The position numbers and the translations under genes were made by a program. This document shows, one piece after another, positions 1 to 9,305 of a DNA stretch of 64,000 nt. Below the pieces are notes generated by a model, which ran no database searches, had not been told where the DNA came from, and saw nothing but the letters and a program-made list of their open reading frames with translations. How positions within the stretch are numbered: the first letter of the stretch is position 1; each line of letters starts with the position of its first letter. Origin of the DNA: Treponemataceae bacterium (lineage in GTDB: Bacteria > Spirochaetota > Spirochaetia > Treponematales > Rectinemataceae); the NCBI GenBank assembly GCA_963678065.2, contig CAXXVZ010000004.1, positions 448,001 to 512,000 on the forward strand, in the 5' to 3' direction.

Positions 1-8
1 GGCATGCC

Positions 9-854
9 ATGACAGAACACACACGCTACCGCCGCATCCTGCCCCACGTTTTCCTCATTTTCGCCGTCTTCATCATCGTGTTCCCGATCTATCTCGTGTT
101 CGACGCGTCGACGCATTCCAACGAGGACATCCTCGACGCGCCGATGCCGCTCCTGCCGGGCAGCCACTTCGTCGAGAACTATTCCAGAACCTTGCTCGAG
201 GGCTCGAAAAATCTCGGGGCCTCGGCCTTCGTCATGATCAAGAACTCCCTCATCATGGCCCTGGGAATTTCCACCGGAAAAATCGTCATCTCCCTTCTCG
301 CGGCTTTCGCGATCGTTTTCTTCGATTTCCCGGGACGTAAATTCTGCTTCTGGGCGATATTCATAACGCTCATGCTGCCGGTCGAAGTGCGCATCATGCC
401 GACCTACAAGGTCATCTCCGATCTCGGTTTGCTGAACAGCTACGCGGGCCTCATCCTCCCGATGGTCGTCTCCGCCACCGCAGTCTTCCTCTTCCGCCAG
501 TTCTACATGTCCATTCCGAGGGAAATCGCCGAGGCCTCGCAGATCGACGGCGCGACGCCGATGCAGTTCTTCCGCTCCATCCTGGCCCCGATGACGCAGA
601 CTCCGGTCGCGGCCATGTTCGTCATCCAGTTCATCTACGGCTGGAACCAGTACCTCTGGCCGCTCCTCATCACGACAAAACAGAGTTTCTACACGCTTCT
701 TATCGGCATCAATCGCATGATGTCGGGCGCGGATGTCCAGATCGAGTGGCAGATCGTCATGGCGACGACCCTCATCGCGATGATTCCGCCGGTCCTCGTC
801 GTCGTGGCGATGCAGAAGCAGTTCATAACGGGAATGACCGAGACCGAAAAATGA
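9..854 (+). CDS. ugpE: Carbohydrate ABC transporter permease, sn-glycerol-3-phosphate UgpE-like
   Basis: Multiple TM helices; EAA loop (EIAEASQIDGA); FWAIFITLMLPVEVRI and YGWNQYLWPLL match UgpE; ends GMTETEK like UgpE. Confidence 0.8.
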   Translation: MTEHTRYRRILPHVFLIFAVFIIVFPIYLVFDASTHSNEDILDAPMPLLPGSHFVENYSRTLLEGSKNLGASAFVMIKNSLIMALGISTGKIVISLLAAFAIVFFDFPGRKFCFWAIFITLMLPVEVRIMPTYKVISDLGLLNSYAGLILPMVVSATAVFLFRQFYMSIPREIAEASQIDGATPMQFFRSILAPMTQTPVAAMFVIQFIYGWNQYLWPLLITTKQSFYTLLIGINRMMSGADVQIEWQIVMATTLIAMIPPVLVVVAMQKQFITGMTETEK

Positions 855-923
855 ATACAGGGGTACAACCGATACGCGATGACATATGAGGCGACAGGCC
901 CGGCTCCGGCCGGCAGGCCGGCG

Positions 924-2297
924 TCACGGACAGGGAATCGTCAGGCTCGCCATGGTCCCGCGCAGGCCGTCGGGCCGGGGCTCAGCCTGGGCAGTCCATC
1001 CGTGCAGCTCCGCTGTCGCCTTCACTATGGTGAGGCCGAGGCCGTGGCCATCCCCCGAACGCGCGTGCGAACCGCGGTAAAAGGCATCGAAGACATAGGG
1101 AAGCTCGGCCTCGGGAATTCCGGGACCGTCGTCGATGATCTCGTAGCGGATGAAACCCTTCCCCACCGTCATGCGGAAGATGACTGAGCCCTCCTGCCCC
1201 GAATAGCGGAAGGCGTTGCCGATGAGGTTGTCCAAGGCCCTCTCCACGAGGCCCCTGTTCATGGGAATGGCGGGAACCGAGGCCGGGGGCCCGGAATCGA
1301 GTTTGGGGCCGAAGCCCCAGGAAAAACGCCTGCCTATCAGCTTGGAGTCGTCCTCGAAGCGTTTCCCCACGGACTCTCCGAGAAGGCAGGGATCCACGAG
1401 CGTCATGGAAAAACCCTTGTCTTTCTGCCCGACTTTCAGGAAATCGATGAGCTCGGAGGCGAGATCCTCGAGCTGACGCGACTTTTCCCTGATGATGCCG
1501 ATGTAACGCTCCTGGGTCTGGGCGTCCATGGCCACGCCGTCGGAGAGCGCGTCGGCGTAACCCTGGATCAGGGCTATGGGCGTCTTCAGGTCGTGACTCA
1601 CGCCCATGAGCATGCGCGATTGCCGGGCGAGAAGATCCTTCAGGTTGAGACGCATGAGATTGACGGAAGAGGCCAGGGAGCGAGTCTCGGCGCTCCCGGA
1701 GCCCGCGACCACGTAGTCGAGGTCGCCCGAGGCCACGATCCTCGCGTCGCGTCCGAGAGTGTCGATCGCTCTCTTGAGGGAGCGCACGATCAGCACGGAG
1801 AAGCCTCCCGCGATGACGAGGAGGGCGAGTTCCACCGAGCCGACGAGGAGAAGGCTCCGGTTCCTGAGATTCTGCCGTATGGCGATCGGTTCGATGTCGT
1901 AGATCAGGACGGGGCTCTCCGTGTTCTCGCGGTCCGTCCTCACGATATTGAAGTTCGGCCTCCCCTTCTCCTGTTTCCTGTCGCTCATGAGGTTCTTGAT
2001 GCTGATGACCTCGCCCGCGGCGATGCGCGGAATCGAGGAGAAGAGCACCTCGCCCTGAGCCGAAACGAGGGCCACCAACCGCGTGGGGAAGCCCGTCCTC
2101 CGCGCGAACCTGCCGATGGCCGCGGTGTCCAGCTTTCCCGCGGCCGACCACTCGTCGCTCACCATCTTCGCGAATTCCCGGACGGGTTCCCGGGGATCGA
2201 GGATGAAATTCCTCGTCCCGAGGAGAAAGATGGCGAATATCGCGGGGACGATGGCGAGAGCCGCGGTGAAATAGACGAACTGGGTTTTCAGCCTCAT
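924..2297 (-). CDS. Membrane sensor histidine kinase (2TM-HAMP-HisKA-HATPase)
   Basis: H-box SHDLKTP, N-box NLIGNAFRY, DDGPGI, GHGLGL. Start moved to MRLKTQF at 2297, which overlaps the stop of the regulator (ATGA). Confidence 0.92.
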   Translation of the reverse strand: MRLKTQFVYFTAALAIVPAIFAIFLLGTRNFILDPREPVREFAKMVSDEWSAAGKLDTAAIGRFARRTGFPTRLVALVSAQGEVLFSSIPRIAAGEVISIKNLMSDRKQEKGRPNFNIVRTDRENTESPVLIYDIEPIAIRQNLRNRSLLLVGSVELALLVIAGGFSVLIVRSLKRAIDTLGRDARIVASGDLDYVVAGSGSAETRSLASSVNLMRLNLKDLLARQSRMLMGVSHDLKTPIALIQGYADALSDGVAMDAQTQERYIGIIREKSRQLEDLASELIDFLKVGQKDKGFSMTLVDPCLLGESVGKRFEDDSKLIGRRFSWGFGPKLDSGPPASVPAIPMNRGLVERALDNLIGNAFRYSGQEGSVIFRMTVGKGFIRYEIIDDGPGIPEAELPYVFDAFYRGSHARSGDGHGLGLTIVKATAELHGWTAQAEPRPDGLRGTMASLTIPCP

Positions 2298-3016
2298 GAT
2301 ATGAACCCCGTATGTATAAGACTTTCGGGATTGAAGCGGTAGCCGAGCCCGTGAATTGTCTGAATATAGTACGGCGCGGAGGGATCGTCCTCGAGTTTGC
2401 GCCTGAGGCGCTGGATATAGACGCCGACCGCGCCGACGTCGCCGAATTCCTTGCCCCACACAGCGTCGTAGATCTCCTGAGGAGAGAGGGGGCGGCCGGA
2501 TTCGCTCACGAGGAAACAGAGAATGCCGAGTTCCCTCGAGGAAAGGGAAACAGGCACTCTGTCCCTGCGCAGGTACATGGCCTCGGTATCGAGATCGAAG
2601 GGGCCGAAACGGTAGCGGTTGACGGCGGAAGCCTGGTCCTCGGTCCTGGATTCCGCCGACCTCCGCAGATGGGCCCGCGCGCGCGCGGCGAGGACACGCG
2701 GAGGACAGGGTTTGGTCACGAAGTCGTCGGCTCCCGTCCCGAGCCCGAGGATAACGTCCTCGTCGGCCTCGCGCGCGGAGAGTATCATGACCGGAGTCTG
2801 GCTCATCGAGCGGAAGCGTTCGAGGAACTGGAAGCCGTCCATTCCGGGCAGGTTCAGGTCGAGTATCACGAGATCCCAGGACGTGGAGGTCACAAGGGGA
2901 AGCGCCGTCTCGGCGTCGGGGGCGATGGAGCACTCGAGTCCCTCTCTCTCGAGATAGAGTGCGTAGAGTTCGGCCAGCTCGACAGTATCCTCGATGATAA
3001 GGACCCGACCTTTCAT
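2294..3016 (-). CDS. OmpR/PhoB-family response regulator
   Basis: REC (IIED, LDLNLPGMDG, KP) plus winged helix (VYIQRLRRKLE, IQTIHGLGYRF). Confidence 0.95.
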   Translation of the reverse strand: MKGRVLIIEDTVELAELYALYLEREGLECSIAPDAETALPLVTSTSWDLVILDLNLPGMDGFQFLERFRSMSQTPVMILSAREADEDVILGLGTGADDFVTKPCPPRVLAARARAHLRRSAESRTEDQASAVNRYRFGPFDLDTEAMYLRRDRVPVSLSSRELGILCFLVSESGRPLSPQEIYDAVWGKEFGDVGAVGVYIQRLRRKLEDDPSAPYYIQTIHGLGYRFNPESLIHTGFIS

Positions 3017-3039
3017 GACGGCCTCCTTAAGGACCTCTC

Positions 3040-4452
3040 TCAGAACGTGAAAGCTTTGTACGAAAGATCCAGCTTGAGGTCGATCCTATCAGGCGCGCCC
3101 CAGGAGACAAAGGTCATGGGCAGGGAAACGGCGAAGCTCGAGACGAGATTCGGCGTCAGGGTGATCTTGGGCGTCACCTTCACGGAGGAGTCGGAGATGT
3201 TCGCTATCACCGTGGTTCCCAGGGCGAGGACATCGTCGAAGAGTCCCGTCAGGTTCGCGCTGCCGGCTGCGTACCACATGCCCGCCTGTGTCCTGTCCTG
3301 CTGGTTCAGCAAGGTGTAGGCGGCGGATGTCTTCAGGATGGAAGTGTCCTCGTAGCCTGTCCCATTGTAATACCCCTGTCCGCGGAGTTCGATGGAATAC
3401 AGATTGTCGCGGTTGTCGTAGGCCCACTTGAAGCCCAGTGTGCCCTGGAATACCGGCCGGTCCGCAATCGTGTAGGTCGCGTAGGCGGGGGAGATTCCTG
3501 TGGCGCGGAGGTAGGTCCTGTCCGAACCCCAGGCCGCGACTCCCTCCCCGTAGACGTCGAAGGCTCCGATCGCCCCGGAGAACATCGTCATGAGGCGGGG
3601 GCTCACCGCGAGATCGGGCCGGTAGTAGCCTCCGAGGCTGAGCTCGAAGTTGCCGACGACGACATCGGTCTTGGCAGCCACGGCGCTGCCCATGGGATCG
3701 AAGTTCTTCGCGCCTATGACGTAGACGGTGGCGAGATTCTGTTTGAAGGGTATGTCGGCCTTGAAGGCGAAGGGCCCTTCCCGCTTGGCCTCAGGATCAT
3801 CCGGGTCGATCTGGGCCAGACTGAGGATATCCGCCGGGCTGTACCAGTAGCCGACGCCCCAGCTGACGTACTGTTTCCCGAACCTGAAGAAGACCGAACG
3901 GTCGATCGCCGTGTCCGCGAAGGCTTCCAGAAGGGGGAAGGTCCAGAGACTCGACGGCGTCGTAGTATCGTACAGTGTCTTTCCGGATATATAGAAGCGA
4001 GAGAGCTCCGAAGGCCTGACATCCGCGTAGTAGTCGAAGAGTGTCGAGTAGATCCCGGCCGGACTGACGATGGTCGTGTTGTCCAGGTGGAGCTTGACCG
4101 TTTTCGAGGGAAGGAAGTCGAGTCCGAAAACAGACTTCGCGGTGGGCAGGAGACTGTTGCGGGCGACCGTTCCCGTAGAGGGAGGGTCGAGGTTCCAGAA
4201 TCCGGCGACTATGGCGCTCGCCGTGCCCGTCAGCTGCACCGAAGGTGCAAATGGTTTCTGGGCCACGAGGGTCACCGTCCCCGCGGCAGCCTCGGTGGGA
4301 TCGACCACCGTCACGAGGTCGGAGCTCCCCCCGAAGAGGGCGTTCTCGTCGAGGGGAACCGAAACGTTGGTGATGTCCTGGGACCAGGAGGAGAAAACCG
4401 CGGTCAGCGCGAAGAGCGGAAGAAGCGCGATTTTATGGGGAAATGTCCTCAT
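3040..4452 (-). CDS. Putative outer-membrane beta-barrel protein
   Basis: Signal peptide, alternating hydrophobic strands, RFGKQYVSWG motif, C-terminal Phe; sits downstream of the LolA-like gene. Confidence 0.65.
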   Translation of the reverse strand: MRTFPHKIALLPLFALTAVFSSWSQDITNVSVPLDENALFGGSSDLVTVVDPTEAAAGTVTLVAQKPFAPSVQLTGTASAIVAGFWNLDPPSTGTVARNSLLPTAKSVFGLDFLPSKTVKLHLDNTTIVSPAGIYSTLFDYYADVRPSELSRFYISGKTLYDTTTPSSLWTFPLLEAFADTAIDRSVFFRFGKQYVSWGVGYWYSPADILSLAQIDPDDPEAKREGPFAFKADIPFKQNLATVYVIGAKNFDPMGSAVAAKTDVVVGNFELSLGGYYRPDLAVSPRLMTMFSGAIGAFDVYGEGVAAWGSDRTYLRATGISPAYATYTIADRPVFQGTLGFKWAYDNRDNLYSIELRGQGYYNGTGYEDTSILKTSAAYTLLNQQDRTQAGMWYAAGSANLTGLFDDVLALGTTVIANISDSSVKVTPKITLTPNLVSSFAVSLPMTFVSWGAPDRIDLKLDLSYKAFTF

Positions 4453-4461
4453 CTGCGGCTC

Positions 4462-5397
4462 CTACTTGGCAAGTCGTTCGAGATATGCTTTGGAGAAGAC
4501 ATCGTCGGGAATGGGTTTCGTCGAGATATCGGTGTAGGTCGACTGGGTGCGCTTCTCGGGGATGAGTCCGTCCTGGTATATCTGGGTGGTGGGTATGTAG
4601 GAATCGCCGATCTGCACGTAGTTGGTGTAGTAGGATGTGCGCAGAAGCTTCTTGGAAAGGCTGTATTCCTCGACCTTGAGAACTATCGTCCTGTCCTTTT
4701 CGACCCACATCTTTATGTACGGAAAGGCGACCTCATCGTTCGTGGCCTTCATCTCGGCCATGAGGACATCATACTTGCCGAGCTTGGTCGGGACGACGCT
4801 CTCGACCGAATAATCGAGGGAGCGCTGCGTGCGGCGGAAGTCGGAATTGCGGGCCGTCGTGTCCTCGTATTGGTCCTTCAGTGTTGTGTGCATGAACTTT
4901 CGACTCGTCGGGTCGTAGCGCCACATGTTGTTGTCGACGCGGAGCATGCCCTGGCCCTTGCGCGATTCGGGTTCGATCGTGACCATGAGGAAGGCGTCGT
5001 CGCGGTCGCGGCGGTAGATCATGTTTTTTCGTGTCATGGTGCCGCGGTCGGGGCTGACGCTCACCATGTTGATCGTCGCCGTCATGTCCGAATTGTAGAA
5101 GCTCGAACTGATGTCGGTTCTCTTCACGAGTTCGAAGAAATCCTTCGCGGTGAAGTCCTTGATGTCGGCGGGAAGAGGCTTGTCGGAGGCGGGCCCCGTA
5201 AGGGGAGAGCGCATAAAGGGCTGCCCCTGTCCAGGTCTGGAACCCTGGCCGGACTGGGTCGACGAGGAACCGGAGCCGCCGGAGCTGCCGGTCCCGGAAC
5301 CTGTTCCCTGAGTCTGTGTCTGGGCCTGGGCCGCGGTCGCGAGGATGACGAGGAGAAACGAAACGGAGAAAAAACGCAGGGCGATTTTCTTCAGCAT
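4462..5397 (-). CDS. LolA-like outer-membrane lipoprotein-sorting family protein with Gly/Ser/Gln-rich N-terminal linker
   Basis: Start MLKKIALRFF at 5397 with AAGGAG RBS; signal peptide; PESRKGQGMLRVDNNMWRY and IPDDVFSKAYLE match this family. Confidence 0.8.
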   Translation of the reverse strand: MLKKIALRFFSVSFLLVILATAAQAQTQTQGTGSGTGSSGGSGSSSTQSGQGSRPGQGQPFMRSPLTGPASDKPLPADIKDFTAKDFFELVKRTDISSSFYNSDMTATINMVSVSPDRGTMTRKNMIYRRDRDDAFLMVTIEPESRKGQGMLRVDNNMWRYDPTSRKFMHTTLKDQYEDTTARNSDFRRTQRSLDYSVESVVPTKLGKYDVLMAEMKATNDEVAFPYIKMWVEKDRTIVLKVEEYSLSKKLLRTSYYTNYVQIGDSYIPTTQIYQDGLIPEKRTQSTYTDISTKPIPDDVFSKAYLERLAK

Positions 5398-5408
5398 GAT
5401 GGACTCCT

Positions 5409-6761
5409 TTACGTTGTTGTTCTCATGGCCTCGGCGGGAACGAGGGCGGCGGCGCGCCTCGCGGGGCCGCTCACGGCCGCAAACGACATGAGTATGACTG
5501 CTCCGAACGTGAGGGCGAGGGAAACCGCACCGGGCAGGAAACTCAGCCTGCCCCGCGAGAGGGCGAGGGCCAGGCTGCCCGAGGCGCTGAAGGGAAGGAG
5601 GCCGGCCGCGTAGCCGACGGGAAAACTCAGGGCGAGGCCCGCCGAGCAGCCCAGGATCGCTACGGAAACCGCCTCCAGGACAAAGATGCGGAACACATGC
5701 CTCCTGCGGAAACCGATGCAGCGAAGGGTCCCGATCTCGCGGGTCCTCTCCATGAGGACCATGCGGTAGGTGTTCGCTATCCCCGCCGCGGTGAGGGCGA
5801 GCATGATCACGAAGACAGCGACGCCTATCCACCGGATCGTTCCGAGCACGGCGCCCGCCTGTCCGGAGAGCTCGTTGATACTCGCGACCCTGAGCATGCG
5901 CGATCCGGGCTCCGGAGCGGGCAAAGATGCGCCCGCGGCTTGATCCGTCCCGGCACCCGGGCCGCCCCGCCCCGGATCGGGACTGGCAGTCCGAGTGGCG
6001 GCCTGGCCGGCTTTTGTCCGTGGGGCGACGGGATACGAGGCGGCCAGGATGTCATGTATTCTGGCCGCAGCCGCGTCCGCCCCCGACGCGTCGTCGAGGA
6101 AGACGGCGAGGGACTGGAACCAGCCATCGGGGAGATTGAGGTCGGCGCGGAGGTCGCCGAAGCCGACGAAGGCGGCGAGAAGCCCGCCGGCCGCGGAATC
6201 GTCGTATACGGCCGCAAGCTTGTACTCGGTGACGTTCTGCTGGCCGCTCGCCGTGGAAAAGTGCGCGAGCAGGGTGTCGCCAAGACCGAGCCCGAATCGC
6301 CTGGCCGCCCTCGCGCCGAGGATGATGGCCCTCGGCTGAGCGGCCGCTTCGATGGAGCCGAGCGTGACGATGAGATTTTCGCGGTAGAGCCTGTCGGCGC
6401 TCCAGTCGACGCCACGGAGGGTGATCTGCTGCTCGCGGGAACCGAAGACAAGGCTCGCCTGGACGGAGACGATGGGCGAGACAGAGCGCGCTCCGGGGAC
6501 AGCGTCGGCTATCGCTTTAGCCATCGATCCGTCGTCGCTCATCCTCGTCTGTATCCTGCCCGAGGCAGAGCGCATGCTTCCGGTGATGATGACGTGGCCG
6601 CCTGTCGCGAGGGTGATGTTGTCCTGCACAGCCTTGTTCATCCCGGAGGTGAAGCCCGAGGAAAGGCAGATGATGAGGACAGCGAAGGCCACGGCCGAGC
6701 CGAGAAGGAGGCTCCGGCGCTTCTGGCGGGTCAGGTTCCGCATCGCCATGGTCAGTATCAC
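5409..6761 (-). CDS. FtsX/MacB/LolCE-like ABC permease
   Basis: AMRNLTRQKRRS N-terminus, large periplasmic loop, ERTREIGTLRCIG motif; GTG start with GGAGG RBS. Confidence 0.9.
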   Translation of the reverse strand: MILTMAMRNLTRQKRRSLLLGSAVAFAVLIICLSSGFTSGMNKAVQDNITLATGGHVIITGSMRSASGRIQTRMSDDGSMAKAIADAVPGARSVSPIVSVQASLVFGSREQQITLRGVDWSADRLYRENLIVTLGSIEAAAQPRAIILGARAARRFGLGLGDTLLAHFSTASGQQNVTEYKLAAVYDDSAAGGLLAAFVGFGDLRADLNLPDGWFQSLAVFLDDASGADAAAARIHDILAASYPVAPRTKAGQAATRTASPDPGRGGPGAGTDQAAGASLPAPEPGSRMLRVASINELSGQAGAVLGTIRWIGVAVFVIMLALTAAGIANTYRMVLMERTREIGTLRCIGFRRRHVFRIFVLEAVSVAILGCSAGLALSFPVGYAAGLLPFSASGSLALALSRGRLSFLPGAVSLALTFGAVILMSFAAVSGPARRAAALVPAEAMRTTT

Positions 6762-6774
6762 TTCGCCCTCCCCT

Positions 6775-8277
6775 TCAGTCGGATTGCATGGCCGTGACGG
6801 GTTTGACCCGCAGGGCGACGACTGTCGGATACCAGGCCGACAGAAGACTCAGGGCGCTTATCCACAGGAAGGCCTTGACAGCCGCCCCCGCGGAGACGCG
6901 CGGGACGAGGACGGGTCCGCCGAAAAGCGCCTCGAAAAAAAGATTCGGCGCGTGGATGCCCACCCTGGAAAGGACGAGAAGGATGAGCCCTCCCGCCGCG
7001 AGGCCGGCGAGTCCGGCGATGATGGCGAGGAAGGCCGTCTCCTGGAGGACCATGGAGCGGACGAAGGCGCGCCTCGCCCCGATGGCGCGAAGGGTTCCTA
7101 TCTCGGCCACGCGCTCGCCTATCGAGACAACGAGGGCGTTCATGGTGATGATGACGACGACGACAGCCACGATGGACACGAGAAGGTCGAAGACGAGACG
7201 GACTGTCATGGCTGTGCGCGCGACGGTGCCGGCGCTTTCGACCCAGCCCTGCACGCGGGTGTCGACCTCGAGGCGGGCTGCCTCCTTTTCGACCGCGGCC
7301 ATAGTCCGCGAAGCGCTCTGGCCTTTCTTCATCGAGACGAGGAGGAATTGCCATGCGGGTTCGGGTTGATGTGACACCGTTGCAGAGGCGGGGCCCGCTG
7401 CGGCGCCGGTGGGAGGAGTCGCTCCGGTCGCGGCGGGAGAGGCTGTCGCCCCCGTCCCTGCTCCCGAGGTCGCGGCGGGAGAGGCGGCCGTCGCGGGTGT
7501 CTCGTCCGTGAACAGGCTGTCCGGGTTGAAGGACGCGACGAAAGCGCTCTCGGCGACAGTCAGCACGACAGGGCCGTCCCTGAGGCTCGCGAATCCCAGA
7601 AGATCGCGCATGGTATCGGCGTCGGCGAGTCCCATGTCCGCCAGGTCCCTGTTGTTCTGATTGAAGCGGAAGACCGCGCAGAGAGTCACTTCCCGGATGA
7701 CGGTCCCGGCCTGGTCCCCCTCGGCGCTCAGGATGATTCTGCTTCCGGGACCGACGGGAGCGGAACCGGCGCCTCCCAGCTTCCGGAGGGCCGATTCCGG
7801 CAGCATGACCCACGCGCCCTTCCCTGACTCCGGCCAGGAGCCGGAGACGAGCGTGATGTTCCCTGGGAAAAACTTTCGGTAGGAATCGATGTCGACGCCG
7901 AACATCGGCAGGCCGCCGAGAACCTGTTCCCCGAGTCCGATCGCGGTCCTGCCTGACAGCATCGGAAGGACGCCTCCGACTTCGGGCCTCGCGGACAGAA
8001 AGGAAGCGAGGGCCGCCGATTCCCTGATATGGGGCACGACTTCCTCTCCTCCGGAAGTCTCGGCGAAGACAGTCGTCGGAAAAACGGTGGGCCCGGTGAG
8101 CATGAAATCTCCGGTATATCCCTTGACGAAAATACGCTCGAGACCATTCACCGCCGTATCGATCAGGGAGTTCCCGACAAAGAGCACAGCTATGCCGAGA
8201 CACATGATCGTGCCTATCATGAGGGTCTTGGCTTTGTGGAGAAAGAGATTCCTGAACGCGATGGCGGAGGCGATCAT
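6775..8277 (-). CDS. FtsX/MacB/LolCE-like ABC permease with Ala/Thr/Pro-rich insertion
   Basis: IAFRNLFLHKAKT, ERVAEIGTLRAIG, C-terminal ALRVKPVTAM. Confidence 0.9.
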   Translation of the reverse strand: MIASAIAFRNLFLHKAKTLMIGTIMCLGIAVLFVGNSLIDTAVNGLERIFVKGYTGDFMLTGPTVFPTTVFAETSGGEEVVPHIRESAALASFLSARPEVGGVLPMLSGRTAIGLGEQVLGGLPMFGVDIDSYRKFFPGNITLVSGSWPESGKGAWVMLPESALRKLGGAGSAPVGPGSRIILSAEGDQAGTVIREVTLCAVFRFNQNNRDLADMGLADADTMRDLLGFASLRDGPVVLTVAESAFVASFNPDSLFTDETPATAASPAATSGAGTGATASPAATGATPPTGAAAGPASATVSHQPEPAWQFLLVSMKKGQSASRTMAAVEKEAARLEVDTRVQGWVESAGTVARTAMTVRLVFDLLVSIVAVVVVIITMNALVVSIGERVAEIGTLRAIGARRAFVRSMVLQETAFLAIIAGLAGLAAGGLILLVLSRVGIHAPNLFFEALFGGPVLVPRVSAGAAVKAFLWISALSLLSAWYPTVVALRVKPVTAMQSD

Positions 8278-9056
8278 GAGGCGGCCATGCGCCCCGAAGT
8301 CAGGCTGTCGGCGTTCCCGACGGACGCGTGATACTGTCGCTCCTGCCTGCCCCTCCGGAGATCCTCCACGACGAGACCGTCCCTGAGCCGTATGACGTGG
8401 TCGGCGATGCCTACTATCCCTGAGTCGTGGGTGCTGAAAATGAAGGTGGTCCCGAGTTCCTTGTTCATCCTCTTCATGAGGGCGACAATGCTCTCGCCCG
8501 TCGCCGAATCGAGGTTGGCCGTCGGCTCATCGGCGAGGACGACCGGCGGCCTCATGACGAGGGCCCGGGCTATGGCCACGCGCTGGCGCTGCCCGCCCGA
8601 AAGCTCGGCGGGTTTGTGGTTGCGCCTGTCGACGAGCCCCACGCTCTCGACAAGGTGGTCGATCCACTCGCGATCCGCGCCGCGGGCGACGCGGCCTGAG
8701 CCTTTTTCGAGAAGGCGCGGCAACTCGATGTTCTCGATGACCGACAGGACGGGCACCAGGTTGAAGGACTGAAAGATAAAACCGAGGCCGGTGTGCCGCA
8801 GGGCGGTCAGCTTTTCGTCGTCGAGCTTGCCCGTATCCTGGCCCAGCACCGTAACGACGCCTTCGGTGGCGGTATCGATGCATCCTATGAGGTTCAGAAT
8901 GGTCGATTTCCCCGATCCCGAGGGGCCGGCGATGGAGATGAAATCCCCGCGGGAAATCCCGAAGCTTATGCCCCGGACAGCCTTGACCTCGGTGCTGCCG
9001 AGGGCGTAGGTCTTGTGGACGTTTTCCAGCCTGACAATGATGTCGTTTTCCTGCAT
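8274..9056 (-). CDS. LolD/MacB-type ABC ATP-binding protein
   Basis: Walker A GPSGSGKS, LSGGQRQR, ADEPTANLD, THD. Start MQENDII at 9056 with GGAGG RBS. Confidence 0.93.
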   Translation of the reverse strand: MQENDIIVRLENVHKTYALGSTEVKAVRGISFGISRGDFISIAGPSGSGKSTILNLIGCIDTATEGVVTVLGQDTGKLDDEKLTALRHTGLGFIFQSFNLVPVLSVIENIELPRLLEKGSGRVARGADREWIDHLVESVGLVDRRNHKPAELSGGQRQRVAIARALVMRPPVVLADEPTANLDSATGESIVALMKRMNKELGTTFIFSTHDSGIVGIADHVIRLRDGLVVEDLRRGRQERQYHASVGNADSLTSGRMAAS

Positions 9057-9135
9057 GTCGAAGGATCCTCCGGCGGAATGCCCGTGCAAGGAGATCCCGC
9101 GGACTCGAATGTACCTGATCGCTGTTCTTTTTTCC

Positions 9136-9152
9136 ATTAAACGGGGATTAAA
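9136..9152 (-). promoter_or_regulatory. 11-bp-spaced direct repeat (TTTAAT-N5-TTTAAT), candidate OmpR-family site
   Basis: ATTAAA at 9136-9141 and 9147-9152, just upstream of the -35 position of a minus-strand TACATT -10 (9108-9113). Confidence 0.45.
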
Positions 9153-9305
9153 TGAAATAACAGAAGAGGGCCAAGAGGGCGGACAGTTCCGGCGCCGGCC
9201 GCGCAGATGCGGGCCGCCCGACTCCCCCCTTCCGCCAGGATTTCATGCAAGGCGGGCTTCGGCCCACGCTTCCTCGACAAGGCGTATCCGGGATATAGTT
9301 TTGCC

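Noticed and set aside
2298..2933. N-terminal extensions of the kinase ORF, and similarly of ORFs 4462..5832 and 34702..36720
   Set aside because: Off-frame overlaps with the upstream genes; true starts are supported by RBS or ATGA coupling, so no frameshift or fusion is needed
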